Shown here: piece after piece, positions 1-10,900 of the stretch
How the letters are laid out: every line of letters starts with the position of its first letter
Position numbering within the stretch: position 1 is the stretch's first letter
Source of the DNA: an uncultured bacterium
Lineage (GTDB): Bacteria > GCA-001730085
DNA length: 32,000 nt
Assembly: GCA_964565945.1 (NCBI GenBank)
Contig: CAZMGY010000030.1
Location: forward strand, 30,001-62,000
Reading direction: 5' to 3'
Notes under the pieces: generated by a model
Told to the model about the DNA's origin: nothing
Seen by the model: only the letters and a program-made list of their open reading frames with translations
Databases searched by the model: none
Translations under genes and position numbers: made by a program

Positions 1-1270
1 TTTTACCCTTAAACATTTTGATTTCTCGCTGATAATGCTTAACCAAAACTTCAACTTGGCTTTTATTGCGTTCGAGTTCATCTATGCGAGATAGCGCCAT
101 CTTTAGTTCGTTTTTGATCACTTCGATTTCTTGATGGGATTGCTTGTACTTTTTGTTATAAGGATCATGTTTAGGTTTGGTAGCAACACTTTTAACCTGT
201 ATCAACTCATCTTGCAAAAATGCTCCCATCCGTTGCAACTTTTTAACCTCTTGCATCCCTTGCGCTTCATCAACTCTTTTATTTTTGCTATCTCGATACA
301 GCTGCTTGTACTTCTCGACCTTTTCTTTAAGACTGATAATCTCATCTTCTCTCTCAGATAAGTTTTGTTCAAACTCATTCGTCAAACGGTCTTCCAGCAA
401 ATCGATTTCACGGTTAAGCTTACGAATATGCCGATCATACCTCTTCGCTTCATTTATGTAATGAGCCACTTGATTCTTCATTTGGGTATTTAGGCGTTGC
501 ACATGCTCCATCTTCATTTCTAAGGCTTCTTGTTTGGCTCTATTTAAGGGAGTCTTAACAACACGAGGAACTCCTTTTTCAACAACCACTTCTTTGTAAA
601 TCACCTTAGGAGAAGACGAATTTTTGTGGGACTGACTTGCCAAGGCTTTAAGTCCTTTGTTCTCACGCAACAACTCAGCCACACGTTCTTGATAATTGGC
701 TTGACCATGCTTTTCTTTAACCAACAATGACGCGAACTTTCTTTTCTCGCGCGCCATCTTGCTATAATTTTTTTGAAGGACTTTAAGACGGGTTTTGATC
801 TGCTCTACATTTTGGCTAGAGTTTTTTTTTAAAGATCCCGTCGTTTTTTCAGAATACTCCTTTTGCAACTTGATGTATTTGGACTCAAGACCCTCAATTT
901 TCTTCTGCGTGTCCGACAACTGCTTCATAAGATGATTTTTGTCTTTAGCTAAATCCGAAAGCATCTTCACTTTTTTCTGAGACTTCAAGCGATCCTTTTC
1001 TAGCTGACGAATGGTAATCGTGTACGATTGCATCTTTCGATCCAAGCGTTGAATAACCTCTTGAGACACATTTTTATTTTCTTTAAGCTCTAATAAAACC
1101 TCCTCGTCCAAGAAAGACGTAAAACCTTCTGATTGATTCCAAGTATTGAATTGCTGCTGACGCTGCTCATAGGCGAGCTCTCGAGAGGACTGATTTAACG
1201 CATCAGACGAAACAACGCCTCCCAGAGGCAAACTGAAAAAAATAAAACCTAAAATAACATTCTTTTTCAT
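1..1270 (-). CDS. Secreted/periplasmic coiled-coil protein; C-terminus lies beyond the left window edge (at least 423 codons present)
   Basis: Not in the supplied track because there is no stop in the window. Hand translation of the minus strand from ATG 1270-1268 gives MKKNVILGFIFFSLPLGGVVSSDALNQSSRELAYEQRQQQF..., and the frame stays open to position 2. A GGGAGAG Shine-Dalgarno sits about 9 nt upstream. A hydrophobic signal-like N-terminus is followed by continuous K/E/Q/L-rich heptad-like sequence. The plus-strand ORFs at 131-461 are its shadows. Confidence 0.7.
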   Translation of the reverse strand, partial: MKKNVILGFIFFSLPLGGVVSSDALNQSSRELAYEQRQQQFNTWNQSEGFTSFLDEEVLLELKENKNVSQEVIQRLDRKMQSYTITIRQLEKDRLKSQKKVKMLSDLAKDKNHLMKQLSDTQKKIEGLESKYIKLQKEYSEKTTGSLKKNSSQNVEQIKTRLKVLQKNYSKMAREKRKFASLLVKEKHGQANYQERVAELLRENKGLKALASQSHKNSSSPKVIYKEVVVEKGVPRVVKTPLNRAKQEALEMKMEHVQRLNTQMKNQVAHYINEAKRYDRHIRKLNREIDLLEDRLTNEFEQNLSEREDEIISLKEKVEKYKQLYRDSKNKRVDEAQGMQEVKKLQRMGAFLQDELIQVKSVATKPKHDPYNKKYKQSHQEIEVIKNELKMALSRIDELERNKSQVEVLVKHYQREIKMFKGK

Positions 1271-1320
1271 TGTCATACTCTCCCTTACGGATTTGACCTC
1301 AATATTTATACAAAAACTGT

Positions 1321-1353
1321 AAAAAAGCATATTAACAATATAATAACATGCTT
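1321..1353 (-). terminator. Weak hairpin plus T-run immediately after the ftsQ stop (possible attenuator or terminator)
   Basis: Minus strand reads AAGCAT-(17 nt)-ATGCTT followed by TTTT. The stem is only 6 bp with 2 GC pairs, so it is weak. Confidence 0.2.
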
Positions 1354-2168
1354 TAGAATTTAGCGTCACGCCATTTTCTCTTGGGCCGAATAATCACCCC
1401 GCCAAAACGCAAATCAACATAACTGGCATTGTCCATCGATGTTTTCTTTTCTTGCATAATCACCGATAAACTCTCTAGCTTTTGTTGAAACTCATTACTA
1501 CCTAACTGTATTTTAACATCATCAGTCGTTGTCAAAATAATTTGCTTAATATTCCCCATATTGATTTTTTTGATTTTCAGAGCCCGAGCAACCTCCGACA
1601 CAGAAAAAGTTTTCATCACTTCCAACGCTTTCAGTATTTTGGGAGACGTCACAGGACTCCCGACTATTAGTTTTTCTTTTAAATAACGCAAGCCCGTCAC
1701 CACAGGCTTGGAACTATCTTCTTTTTTGTTCCTCACACGGACAATATAGCCCTCACGATCAATCTCATAATAATGACGCTGGTACAACAAAAGAATGTAA
1801 GGAGTCCTTTCTACGACACGAATATCCAAAGTATAAGGCAAAATGCGTCTAATTTGAACATCCTTCACATAGGGATGACGCAAAAGTCTCTGGGACATCT
1901 GCGTTATATCGACATCAAAAATATGTTGACCTCGAGAGACCTGCAAACTTTGATAAATATCATTTTGAGTCAGTCTTTTTTGCCCCTTAACTTTAATCTC
2001 TTTGAGCAAAAACATATCGGATATATAAACACGTTGATACAGCACATAACCGCCAAACCCAAGAGGAACCACAACAGCCAGCACGAGCAAAACCTTCCAA
2101 AGCATTAAAAATCGCTCTTGCCACATTCTTACATAGACATTTTTTCCAAACGATTTGCGCTTTCCCAC
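1353..2168 (-). CDS. ftsQ: Cell division protein FtsQ (single TM plus POTRA domain)
   Basis: Basic N-terminal tail, then a TM helix (LMLWKVLLVLAVVVPLGFGGYVLY), then POTRA-like LKEIKVKGQKRLTQNDIYQ. It sits directly downstream of ddl, as in dcw clusters. The GTG start at 2168 is preceded by AAGAGGA 7 nt upstream; the alternative ATG at 2126 lacks an SD. Confidence 0.85.
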   Translation of the reverse strand: MGKRKSFGKNVYVRMWQERFLMLWKVLLVLAVVVPLGFGGYVLYQRVYISDMFLLKEIKVKGQKRLTQNDIYQSLQVSRGQHIFDVDITQMSQRLLRHPYVKDVQIRRILPYTLDIRVVERTPYILLLYQRHYYEIDREGYIVRVRNKKEDSSKPVVTGLRYLKEKLIVGSPVTSPKILKALEVMKTFSVSEVARALKIKKINMGNIKQIILTTTDDVKIQLGSNEFQQKLESLSVIMQEKKTSMDNASYVDLRFGGVIIRPKRKWRDAKF

Positions 2169-3076
2169 TTTTTTTCCTCTTGATTATGTCGTTTTATAGT
2201 ATCGTCAACGATTGTAGCACAGAGCTCTTCAAAGCCTATTCCTCTGCGAGAGGCGGCCATTGGAACTAAACTTGTTTCGGTAAAACCAGGAACCGTATTC
2301 ACTTCCAAAACAACAGGAACCGCCTTAGATAAAATAAAATCAATACGAAACACCCCAGTCAAACGTGATTCTCGCAAAAGACGTTGTACCATTGCATTAA
2401 TATTTGTGCGTTCCAAAAACGTTAATTGCGGATCACACACGTAACGTGTAGCACCCTTATTATACTTGGCATAATAATCAAAAAAAGAACTCCGCGGAAT
2501 GATTTCTATCGGATCCAACACCTGACCAGCAACCACACCAACAGTCATTTCCCGCCCATCAATCTTGGGCTCCACCAAAGCTATGTGATCGTAACGAAAA
2601 GCTTCGTCCAAAGCATCCTCGTAGTCATCCACACTCTCAACCAAAGACACCCCAAAACTCGACCCTTCAGCCGAGGGTTTCACAATCCACGGTAAAGCAA
2701 AAGGAGGATACAAAGGATAAGTATTGTGAGGCCGACAACATATATACGGCGCTACAGCAACACTCGCCTCTAAAAAAAAGGCCTTGCTCAAACGTTTATC
2801 AAAAGACCAGCGACAGGTCTCCGAGTCAGAACTTGTGAAAGGAATGCCTTTTTCTTCTAATATCGCCTGGATTTGTCCATTCTCTCCAAAGCCACCATGA
2901 AGTGCGATAAACGCCAACTCACATTCTTCGGAATCAATTTCATAAATCTCTTGAAGCGCCCCATCCCATAAACAGGTTCTAAAACCAAGCGTTTCAAATG
3001 CTTTTTGGACCGCTCTTCCAGACTTTAAAGATATGTCTCGTTCGGCCGAAGCCCCCCCAGCTAACACATAAATCAT
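2129..3076 (-). CDS. ddl: D-alanine--D-alanine ligase
   Basis: N-terminal VLAGGASAERDISLKSG, HGGFGENGQIQ, and the ATP-grasp C-terminal motif LEVNTVPGFTETS. The ATG at 3076 overlaps the murB TGA (TGATG). The track start at 3079 is a GTG one codon upstream. Confidence 0.9.
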   Translation of the reverse strand: MIYVLAGGASAERDISLKSGRAVQKAFETLGFRTCLWDGALQEIYEIDSEECELAFIALHGGFGENGQIQAILEEKGIPFTSSDSETCRWSFDKRLSKAFFLEASVAVAPYICCRPHNTYPLYPPFALPWIVKPSAEGSSFGVSLVESVDDYEDALDEAFRYDHIALVEPKIDGREMTVGVVAGQVLDPIEIIPRSSFFDYYAKYNKGATRYVCDPQLTFLERTNINAMVQRLLRESRLTGVFRIDFILSKAVPVVLEVNTVPGFTETSLVPMAASRRGIGFEELCATIVDDTIKRHNQEEKKWESANRLEKMSM

Positions 3077-3930
3077 CACAAACCAACCGTCTTAATTTCT
3101 AATTCCAAAAAAACACCAAACATGCGTTCAACCCGCTCACGCACCTCTTGAATAAGATTCCAAAAATCTTTGGCACTGCCAACACCACGATTAATAAAAA
3201 AATTAGCATGCATTGGTGACACTTCTACATCACCAACAGCTAAATTTTTTAGACCAGCTTGATCAATCAACTGACTTGCATAGAGGCCTTGAGGATTTTT
3301 AAAAACACAGCCCAAAGATGCCTCCTTAAGGGGCTGTGTCTTGTAGCGATAATCCCAACACTCCTTAAGCTTAGACTGAATCAAAGCTCTCTCCGCGTTA
3401 TCAGTTCTCAAGGAAGCTTTGCATATTACACCAAATTCTTTAAGAGGACCCTTGCGATACGTAAAGGTCAGCTGCTCACCCTTTAAGGTCTTCAACTGCC
3501 CCTGTGCATCCATATAGCTAAGCTGACAAACTAAATCTCCAATAGCTTGAGATCCCGCCCCAGCGTTTCCAAAAATAGATGCCATAACATAACCTGGAAC
3601 ACCTGTTAAAAATTCGATTCCAGTGCGATTTTGTTTATGCCACAAAGCCATAAAGCGCTCCAAACGCATATCACCTTTAAAAGTTACCGAATCCTCTTCA
3701 AAGCAAACATTGGTCTCAAAATCTCTCAATAAAATCATCACTCCTGGCCAACCCTCATCGCTAAACAAAACATTCGAACCATTCCCCATCACATAGACAG
3801 GAACATCGTGACGATGGCACAACTGCAAAAGCTCCTGCAAATCTTGTTCATGACGCGGATAACAAACCGTTTCAGCCGCCCCTCCCATCTTCAAATAAGA
3901 GAGCTCCGCCAGTGAACATTGCCACACCAT
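3076..3930 (-). CDS. murB: UDP-N-acetylenolpyruvoylglucosamine reductase
   Basis: Motifs KMGGAAE, VMGNGSNVLF and SLGCVFKNP. The track start (4050) is a TTG that would overlap rnhB by 92 nt. The ATG at 3930 is preceded by GAGGG and leaves a 28-nt gap after the rnhB stop, so I prefer it. Confidence 0.85.
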   Translation of the reverse strand: MVWQCSLAELSYLKMGGAAETVCYPRHEQDLQELLQLCHRHDVPVYVMGNGSNVLFSDEGWPGVMILLRDFETNVCFEEDSVTFKGDMRLERFMALWHKQNRTGIEFLTGVPGYVMASIFGNAGAGSQAIGDLVCQLSYMDAQGQLKTLKGEQLTFTYRKGPLKEFGVICKASLRTDNAERALIQSKLKECWDYRYKTQPLKEASLGCVFKNPQGLYASQLIDQAGLKNLAVGDVEVSPMHANFFINRGVGSAKDFWNLIQEVRERVERMFGVFLELEIKTVGL

Positions 3931-3958
3931 GCGACCCTCAAAGTTTAAAGATTGAAGA

Positions 3959-4624
3959 TCATCTTCCCACACAAAGCACCTCGTTCTGAACCAAAGACTT
4001 AATCGGCTCAAAGCTTCGACGATGAATCGCACAAGCTCCCAACTGTTCAATCGCTACCCGATGCTGATCCGTACCATAACCTTTATGCTTAGAAAAACCA
4101 TAGCCAGGATAGGTTTTATCACAAGAAACCATCATTCGATCACGTGTTACCTTGGCTAACACAGATGCCGCAGCAATCGCTCGACAACTGGCATCCCCTT
4201 TCACAATAGCTTCCTGCGCTCCGTCCCAATCTTCAATAGGATTACCATCCACCAAAATATAATCAGGAAGCACCTTCAACTCCGATAAAGCTTGTTTCAT
4301 CGCAAGAAACGTTGCCTGACAAATGTTGATCGCATCGATCACTTCACAGCTCACCGAAGCAACGGTATAGGCCACAGCATGTTCACAGATATCTTCGTAG
4401 GCAGCTTCTCGACGCTTTTCGGACATTTTTTTTGAATCATTCAAGCCCTTCGGCCAATAACTTTGAGGTAGAATAACAGCAGCCGCAACCACAGACCCAG
4501 CCAAAGAACCACATCCCACTTCATCGACACCCGCAATCGAAGTAAATCCTTGCTGATAAAGCGATTCTTCTTTTCCCAATAATAGATATTTTCTTCTTTC
4601 TTCGATCAAAGACAGTGCATCCAT
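3959..4624 (-). CDS. rnhB: Ribonuclease HII
   Basis: Motifs IAGVDEVGCGSLAGSVVAAAVIL, DSKKMSEKRRE, VDGN and AASVLAKVTRD. The ATG at 4624 is preceded by a strong GAAGGAGGGG SD 6 nt upstream. The longer track start at 4726 has no SD. Confidence 0.85.
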   Translation of the reverse strand: MDALSLIEERRKYLLLGKEESLYQQGFTSIAGVDEVGCGSLAGSVVAAAVILPQSYWPKGLNDSKKMSEKRREAAYEDICEHAVAYTVASVSCEVIDAINICQATFLAMKQALSELKVLPDYILVDGNPIEDWDGAQEAIVKGDASCRAIAAASVLAKVTRDRMMVSCDKTYPGYGFSKHKGYGTDQHRVAIEQLGACAIHRRSFEPIKSLVQNEVLCVGR

Positions 4625-4852
4625 GGCATCCCCTCCTTCACACATCCCTCCCAAGAATAGCCTATTATACCTTTGAAAGAGGCCATTGCAAAATATACTA
4701 AAACCTCCCCACACACTCTCAATCATTACATTTTTCTAAAATATAACAATTATTGGCATATTTTAATATAATCTATTCAATTTTTTTCGAATACCTTTAA
4801 CACTAAACTTAAGTAAATTATCCGTAACATATTAAATAAATTTAAAAAATAT

Positions 4853-4881
4853 TTGACAACATATTTGTTATCATATATATA
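4853..4881 (+). promoter_or_regulatory. Putative sigma70-type promoter for the giant gene
   Basis: Consensus -35 TTGACA (4853-4858), a 17-nt spacer, then the AT-rich -10 TATATA (4876-4881). This lies about 95 nt upstream of ATG 4978. Confidence 0.3.
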
Positions 4882-4897
4882 TACAGATATATATATG
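4872..4897. repeat. Perfect 11-bp inverted repeat of (AT)n type, CATATATATAT-acag-ATATATATATG
   Basis: Read directly: left arm 4872-4882, spacer 4883-4886, right arm 4887-4897. It overlaps the putative -10 of the giant-gene promoter. Confidence 0.85.
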
Positions 4898-4977
4898 TAG
4901 ATAATATGTTTTTTTCGTAAACTACAAATAGTTCTGCACGACGTCGAATTATTAGGTAGTCTGAGCCAAACTGGGAA

Positions 4978-7900
4978 ATGTATTGTATGCGCTTTGAACG
5001 AAGCCCTCTCAGCAATAAATTTATCAGCCTAGTCACCTTATCTTTATTCATTCTCACTGATTTTGTTTTCGCCCTTAGCCCTGAGTCTCAACTGAACAAC
5101 AGTCGTTTTCGCGAATTTATGAAAAGACAACTAGGCCCAAGCGATACAGGCGTCACAACTACAAATCTTCACCCGCCTGCTCCCAACATCAACAATAATC
5201 GCCTTCAACAAACCTCTATTGAACTACAACATCCTTCTCACCACGAAAGGTCGGATATCCAAACTGTGGCAGCGCTACTTGATTTTTTCCAAGAACAAAA
5301 CCCCGACTGGAACACATTTGTGGATAGATGGAATGGCGATCAAGGCAGCAAAGACTTTAAAGATCTCTCCGCCCATAATCCTACAACTTTAACTCAGAAC
5401 CCTTTTAACCCGCGCAATCCTAAATTTCGAGACATGACCAAGATGCGCAAAATCCTTTTCGGAAAGCGTGATAGTGACTTCACAAGCCCTACAGCGGGAC
5501 CAACCTACAACCTCACAGCTCCCAACATAACCTTCACCCATACCGTTAACGAACAGCTTGTGGGAGGCAATATTAACATTCAAGACCTCAACTTTCGTTA
5601 TAGCATTCAAGGTGATCCTAACGTTCACTCCACACCTCTCACAGTCATTCGTGTTTCTAATGAGCGCGCTAGTGATCTAGCTCAATTTTTGACTCAACTT
5701 GACTCAACACGTTCATCTCACAATCGTGCCATTCAATATGATAAAAAGGGTCGAACAGGTCTTCATGCCTTTGTTGAGGGCAATGAAACCTTTATCGTCA
5801 TCAGACGTAGCCTCAGAACCGCTTCATGGTTAGACCTATTTGGCATGCCCAGCCAAGCACCGCAGGGAACCAACAACACTCATCCTTATCATCAAGTGCA
5901 GCTCTTAAAAAGAAGAAATACCCGCATGCGTATCGAAAACGAACAATTGGCTTACGGAGACATGGCTCACCACACACTCTTACAGCAAACCAGTTCTGTC
6001 AAACAAGCGCGCAATATTTTAAAATCCACAGGTGTATTTATCGATCAACGTTTTAGTGCCAGTATGGATGTTTTGGGATTACAACGTCTCCAAGACCCTT
6101 ATCAGGTCAGCTTTCAAGGACAAACGCTCAAACTTGATCCTAGTCGTCCCACACAAAGCTTGCTTGATCAATACCAAGCCCACTTGGATGGTCATCTCGA
6201 AAAACTCCTTAAAGAACAAACCCAACGCGAAGAAACGTTCCTCAATTTGAAGCCTAGCCCTCTTGAAATAGACCCTGTCCAAACACTAAAAATGCCCTAT
6301 GTGCGCCATAAACTAACTACGTTTTACGCTCAACTCACAAATCCTCAAGAACAGCTTCACAACCAAACCAAACAACATGTGGATTCTTTGGTTCGCGACC
6401 GGATTCAAACCATTATTCAAACTGATTACAGTGCTCTAGATAAATTTCCCACTGTCGAGGTATGGCAACATCGCCAACAAACGCTTAATTCACTCCATCA
6501 GCAATTACGACCTTTCATGGAAAACTTCAAGACATTTTTGCAACACTCACGAGCTCTTGGCAATGCCTTTAGAACTGAATTACAGCAAGACGTTGCGTCC
6601 ATCGATGAAACTCTACTCAAAGGCTTCACTCTGACTAATGATATCGACAAATTCATCATTGCCTTACTCACTAATCCCAATGGTATTCAGCATAAAATTC
6701 AAGCTATGGCCCAACGCAACCCCGCTTTAGAAGAACTGCAGATATTCTTCTCCACCACATACTTTCCTCACAAGCACAGTGCTATCAATAAGCTTGAACG
6801 AACCCTTGATCGTTACGGTAACGTTCAACAGCGTTTCCTCAAGCAAACACACCAGGAAGAACAGACTGTAGAACATCTCAAACATCATGTGCAAATGCTC
6901 AAAACTCTATTGAATGTTCCTAGCAATCAGGTTCTGATCAATGTTTATTTAAAGCCAGGTTTAAGCATCAAAGACTCTATAGATTCCTTAACTCTTACAC
7001 TCGATAATCTCGAAATAAGACAAACTCAACTAAAAAAACTCAAACAAGAACCTAACAGTGACTATCCTACTCGCACGGATATTGATTTTGAAAACTTAAA
7101 CAATGTGATCCAACTCCTAAACGGTCAATTTTTAGGTCTTAAGCAGCCGCATGCCTCCAAAGTTCAAGCACAAGCCGACCAGGTCAAACGAGTTAACTAC
7201 TCCAAAACCAAAGAGTCTTATATTGATGGCAATAAACTTGCCATCGAAGCTATGGAAGCCTATTACGACGACCTCTTTGCCCAAAATCTTCAAAAAAAAC
7301 AAAAGATTTGGACTGTGTTCTCCCATTGGGATAACCTTCGTTCCCCAGAATTTCAACAAACTTTCGATCAATGGAGTAATTCTTACCAACAACTTCTGAC
7401 TGGAGAGACTGCACAGCACAAGGCCAAAGCTCTTATGAAAGCTGTGATCGTTTTGCATGAAGCAGTCCAACTTATTCGCCAAGTGGATGCCCCTTACTTA
7501 AGTCGCGAGTTCCATCACGTTTCCCCTGCTCTCGAAGCCCTTTATCAGACGTTTGCCAATAACTCCATACCTTGGCAAGCAAAAGCCGCCTGGCAAACTT
7601 TAGTGCAAAACCAATACATCTCTCCACTCTCTCAACACCAACAAAGCACCTTTATGGAGAAAGTACGCAAAATCTCAACAGCTCACTCGACCGAACTTCT
7701 CCAATTTGAATTTCGCGAACTTTACAAATCCCTGCGTAATAGTTTAGAGGCTGACTATGGAAACCTTCCTCATTTAAAACAAGCCTTGCAAGAGGTTTTG
7801 GATCAACCTTCTGTAGAGCGCGACCAACCCATCACACTTGATATCGATAAGCCTTTGGTGGCCATCCATCAACCTGATGATAAGCTCCTTATGGTTCCGT

Positions 7901-10900
7901 CGGCATCACTCCCTGCATTTTACCGTCAATCAAGACCTCTACCGATGGTCCAACTGGCACGATCAGGCAAATTAGGGCACCATCCAGTGGTCTCTCAACA
8001 AACACAGCAACATAGACAGCGCCAAATTACTAAGTCCTATCATCCTCAAACTCAAAAATTTCAGCAAACAACATCTATCCGTCCAGGATTTCAACTGAAC
8101 CCAACAACATCACAATTTGAACCACAACTGGTTCAAAACCGTCCTCTTGTGCAACCTTTGAGTTCACAAAATCAAGGACCCGATTACGAACAACTTATCC
8201 AAGATGAATTTAAAAAACGGGCGAGAGTCCATACAAAGCAACAGCAACCCCAAGCAAATTTTCCTCAATCACTTCGAACTAATGCACAAGAAGATCGGTT
8301 TGTCTCAATCACTGCTTTCGACAACTTCACCAAGCTAGATTCACAACATCAGGACACAATCCAAGAACAGGACGCCGCACCACGCAACAAAAAACGTATG
8401 CAAGAAATTTATCAAGAACGTAGTCAAAAATCTTTCCACCGAGCCATTATAAGCCAACTAAGGCCTCAAGATGACCCCAAAGACATGCACACAGGTCGCA
8501 AAAGTTTTGCGAATCAAGCCATGAAATTAATTGACCAAGTCCAAGTCCTCATACCAACCACAGAAAAAAGCAAGGGTTCTTCATCAGATACCTTTTCGCT
8601 TTGGGACCAGTTTCAACAAAACTTTAAAACCCATATGAGCGCCAATCCATTAGATACTGCAACACAAACGCTATTTTTGAAACATCAAAGCAACTGGACA
8701 GAGCGCCTCGAAGCCATAAAAAAAGCAACAAGACAAATTCAAAAAAATTCTGACAGACCTCGTTTTTTGGGTTCCAGTGAAACAACACTAAGACAACAGT
8801 TCCAGGAGCAGGAGCAACACCTCGAAGATATTCGACGTGAGATGATTACAGAAGCTACTCGGTTGGAAGAAGCCGTGGAAGGCACACGCTATCGACCAGA
8901 CTCGTTCAAAACTTACAATACCCTTCTGTCCGAAGTATCTCTTCTCTCCGCAACAGATTTTCCAAACCATATTAAAAGACTCCAAGCAAAAATTCACCTT
9001 AGGCTACAAAGCCCCCAAAGCATCCGCCAGGATGTACTTAACCTTCTCGAGGCCATTCGCAGTACTGACAATCAAGAACTTATTCGCGAAGCCTACACAA
9101 TCGCCTCGCATGTGTTGAAAGGCCCGCACTTCCCAGACTTCACACTCTTACCCAACATTTCTGTCGACTCAAATGCAATTAGACCTTTACTCGTTCAAGC
9201 ACAAGATCTTCAGCAACGTGAAAAACAGGTAAAAGCTAACGACATGAAGGAACAAAATGCTATTGCCGCAGAACTTAAAAATCTTAAAACTGCTATAACC
9301 ACTCCAGCATTACTCGCTGAACTGTACGAATGCATGGTCAAAGAAGTTGCCGCTCAGTTGGCCCAAATCGTCAGTACAGGACAAATACCTGATCACACCG
9401 CCGAAATTGCCAAACGTCGCCAAGCCATGGACGAGCAAAAAAAAATCTTAGAAGAAAAAATAAACCAAAAAAACTTACCCAAAAACTATTTGTTTCTAAC
9501 ACACTTTGGTCCAATGACGATACAGCAAATTAATGTCGCCCTTAACTCGGCTTATTCATGGTCGACCCCAATTATGTTAGCATTTCTCATAGAGCTGAAT
9601 TCCGCAGTGACACAAAGCTTCCCTAACAGGCTACAGCGTTATCAACGCCTTAAAGAATCAATACGCCGTGATTTGTGGAGCGAAGTAAGCTGGACAAGTA
9701 CAGCACTAAAACAAGAAGTCTCTTTAGAAACACTTGATCAAACACTAAAAGACTTAACCACTCCTTTGCAAGTCTATCAAACTCAAGTATTGCTTCAAGA
9801 GGCTATGCAAGCCATTCACGAATATTACACGAATCGACAGTCCATAGAATCTCAAAGAGATCATACAGGACACCTTCAACACCTTCAGCGTATGAAAAAC
9901 TTTACAAACGATATTCATTTTGGCATGAAATTGAGAATTATCAATAACAAAGTTTATGTCGTCGATGTACTGCCTGGAACAGCGTCCGCAGGAAACTCTA
10001 TACCACTTTACAGCCAAATCACAAAAGTTGTTGGTTTTTTTCGCAATATAACCGAGCCTACAGATATCCTAGCCAAACTCCAAAACCAAGCGACATTAAG
10101 CGTAACCATTCACTACCAACCCAGTTTGTCCTCGATCTTAAATTCGGAGGTCCAGAGTGTCCACTATCAACCAACGCTTGGATTGGCTGGCTTCACCACG
10201 CAGGTGGTCGAACATCAAACCGTTGAGATTCCTTTTGACATTTATGAGAGAAAATACAAAGCCGAAATGCAACATCTCCAACTAAATGCCTCAACAGAAG
10301 TTGTATACTCCTCCTCCAACAATTTGGACACAGATTCGATTAGCGAAGCCACCTATAACGCTCTTCCAGCTAAACTACAAAAAAACTATAAAAAGATGAT
10401 TATCTTCCCAGCTAAAGTGAGAAACCTTCCTAACGTGGGAAAGCTTCCAATGGACGCTGTCGATTACCTTCAAAGCAGATACCGTGTTGTGGTCACCAAT
10501 ATCACCGACCCCAAACTTACAAGTGAGCTACCTTTAAACGCTGCAATTACGGCTGTTCGCATCAAAGGACAGTTGTATCCTATTCACAAAACAAGCCCTC
10601 GCGAGGCATTGGCCCTACAAGCTAGAATCAATAGCGCGTTCGCCAATGGTACCCCGATGACGATCTATTTCAATACATCTGAAAAAACTAAATATACAGT
10701 TTCTCCATTCGAGAGCGAAGTTCACTCTTTCACTGTCAAACGCGAAAACGCAAAAGCCCCGATTTCCATCATGACTGCCCCCACCATCACAAACATCGAA
10801 GTCACAAAAAATGGAACCTTCTACACATTCACCCATGTCGTCACCGAAGTCTCTCCGAATTCGCCTTTTTATGGTTCTCTTTTTCCTGGAGACAAACTCG

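Noticed and set aside
131-461. Two plus-strand ORFs (131-361 and 177-461) in the supplied track
   Set aside because: They lie antisense to a frame that I translated as open from 1270 to the window edge. That frame has a signal peptide, an SD and a coherent coiled-coil sequence. The plus ORFs have odd L/F/S/C-rich composition typical of shadow ORFs.
3959-4050. Apparent 92-nt overlap between rnhB and murB in the ORF track
   Set aside because: The overlap is an artefact of the longest-ORF choice (a TTG start at 4050). An ATG at 3930 with an upstream GAGGG gives a normal-length MurB and removes the overlap.
9437-9445. A9 homopolymer inside the giant gene as a possible phase-variation switch
   Set aside because: It encodes Lys-Lys in a Lys-rich stretch. 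Similar A/T runs of 8-10 occur throughout this A-rich sequence, for example 822-830 and 26550-26559. There is no evidence of slippage without population data.
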